Of a stretch of 64,000 nucleotides of DNA, positions 62,233 through 64,000 are shown piece after piece. Position 1 is the stretch's first letter. Each line of letters starts with the position of its first letter. Source of the DNA: the human T2T-CHM13v2.0 reference genome, Homo sapiens; the NCBI RefSeq assembly GCF_009914755.1, contig NC_060926.1; one strand, 5' to 3'. The notes beneath the pieces are model-generated. The model was not told the origin of the DNA, searched no databases, and saw only the letters and a list, made by a program, of their open reading frames with translations. A program made the position numbers and the translations under genes.

Positions 62233-62570
62233 GATATAGTTTGGCTGTGTCCCCACCCAAATCTCACCTTGAATTGTAATAATCCCCATGTGTCAAGGGC
62301 AGGGCTGGGTGGAGATAATTGAATCATGGGGGCTGTTTCCCCCATACTGTTCTCATGGTGGTGAATAAGTCTCACGTGATCTGATGGTTTTATAAATGGG
62401 AGTTTCCCTGCATAAGCGCTCTTGCCTGCCACCATGTAAGATGTGCCTTTCCTCTTCCATTGCTTTCCGCCATGATTGTGATGCTTCTCCAGCCATGTGG
62501 AACTGTGAGTTCATTAATCCTCTTTACTTTATAAATTACCCAGTCTGGGGTATGAGAACGAACTAATATA
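62233..62570 (+). mobile_element. THE1 solo LTR
   Basis: gatatagtttggctgtgtccccacccaaatctc...gaactaata. Confidence 0.88.
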
Positions 62571-64000
62571 GGAATCAATTTTAACATGTCTTTAAAAAAT
62601 GTTTGAACTCCAAGCATAGGTGTTTTACTTCATGAGCACACCTGGAGAGCTGAAATATCTGAGTTTTCAGGTCCCAAAAGATACACTTAAAACAATTCTG
62701 GTACGTGGGCACAGATTCACTCTAGAATGTCCCATAATAAAATCAGCTTTGAAAAGTTAGTATGACATCCAATGATAGTTAATTTATTATTTTGTTTTTG
62801 AAACATATTAGTATGACACTATTGGTTTCTTAAAAACTGAAACTTGAGACATTTTAAAAAATAAAAATTGATAAGTTATGGGGCAAGAATGGAATCAAGT
62901 GAAGGAGAAAATAATCTATCATGGGTCTTTGTCTAGATAAATGACTGATTTTCTGGGAACAGATAAGACAAAAATCTAGGAAGAAAGTAAATCTATTGCA
63001 CACGGAATCTGTACCTGAGTACTGCAGACTCAAAGCTGAAATTGTATTTAGAAGTTTTATATTACGTTATATCTGCATTGTGACACATCATAGTGTCTGA
63101 GATATCAGCAATAGAAGGAGGTTTGAACATTTTTCTGAGTGCTGACATTTTTAGATTTCATCAGACATCTCTGGCATTGACTGATTCTGTGGAACAAGGA
63201 TCTTGGTGCCAAAAAAAAATTGTGTGAAGTTTCAGTCAAAATAACGTAACTAAATAAACAAATGTTTAAGTACCTAAGAATGAACCGGGGTATGTTGGAA
63301 AGTAATCTCAGCAAATGGACAATTGATAGTCCTAAGCTCTTAGCATGGCTGGATTTCAGACAGGCTTAGAGAAAAGATCTGAGGACTGTTTTGGTTTCAC
63401 TTACTTCTGTCAACTGGAACTTTGTAGTTACTGTTGCAGCCCCCTGGCTCAAGTTCATATAGTCATATTAAGACTTTTCCTTTTCTTTCCATAAAATGTT
63501 TTGGGTTATAAGTCAAAACCAGTTTTTTCTTCCTATAAATGTTTTGGGTTATAAATCAAATTTATGATCTTACAATACCATAAATAACTGATGAGGTGGC
63601 ATTTTTTGCTAGCAAGGCAGTAGTTTCTATAAATCATAATTGGTGATTGACTCTGTCTTTACCTTGAGAAAGCAGGTAGGAAGAAGGCGCAATCTTTCCA
63701 CACAATCACAATTTGCCCTGGTTGGGACATAAATGTTTCACACCAGCCAGAACCTGGGCAGCCACTCCTTCCTGTGTATAGGCACTCTTTCTGTTCACTC
63801 TCTCTCTGTTGGCTCCTTACACATACATTTGAAGACTATAACTCCCAAGAGAGAAAGAGGATTTACATGTATTTACATACATGGTGAATAATCTCAGAGA
63901 AAAAATTAAGTTACTAAAGTTGACTCAAGAAAAAAATAGAAAACCTGTACCAAGGAAGATAGAACAAATGACCTTAAAATATTACATTCTGAGCCCAGAT

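Overview
Primate (human-like) genomic DNA carrying coding exons 1-11 of the dystrotelin gene DYTN on the minus strand. The ATG is at 58385, and all exons join in phase through GT-AG introns to give 1633 nt of CDS; the last coding exon lies outside the window, below position 1. The 27-kb intron 9 holds the most interesting signals. One is an apparent dead exon (10580-10650) with a strong acceptor, a frame and phase that fit exon 10, and a GT>AT donor. Two further candidate relic exons and a processed VPS26C (DSCR3) pseudogene inserted into an old L1 also lie in this intron. Elsewhere there is an RNY1 pseudogene with an L1 in its tail, a ~1.2-kb poly(A)-tailed, TSD-flanked orphan retro-insertion in intron 1, and a near full-length Hsmar2 mariner just upstream of exon 1. 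Most of the remaining sequence is Alu, L1, L2, MIR, MaLR and DNA-transposon relics. Repeat subfamily names and repeat boundaries are approximate by-eye calls.
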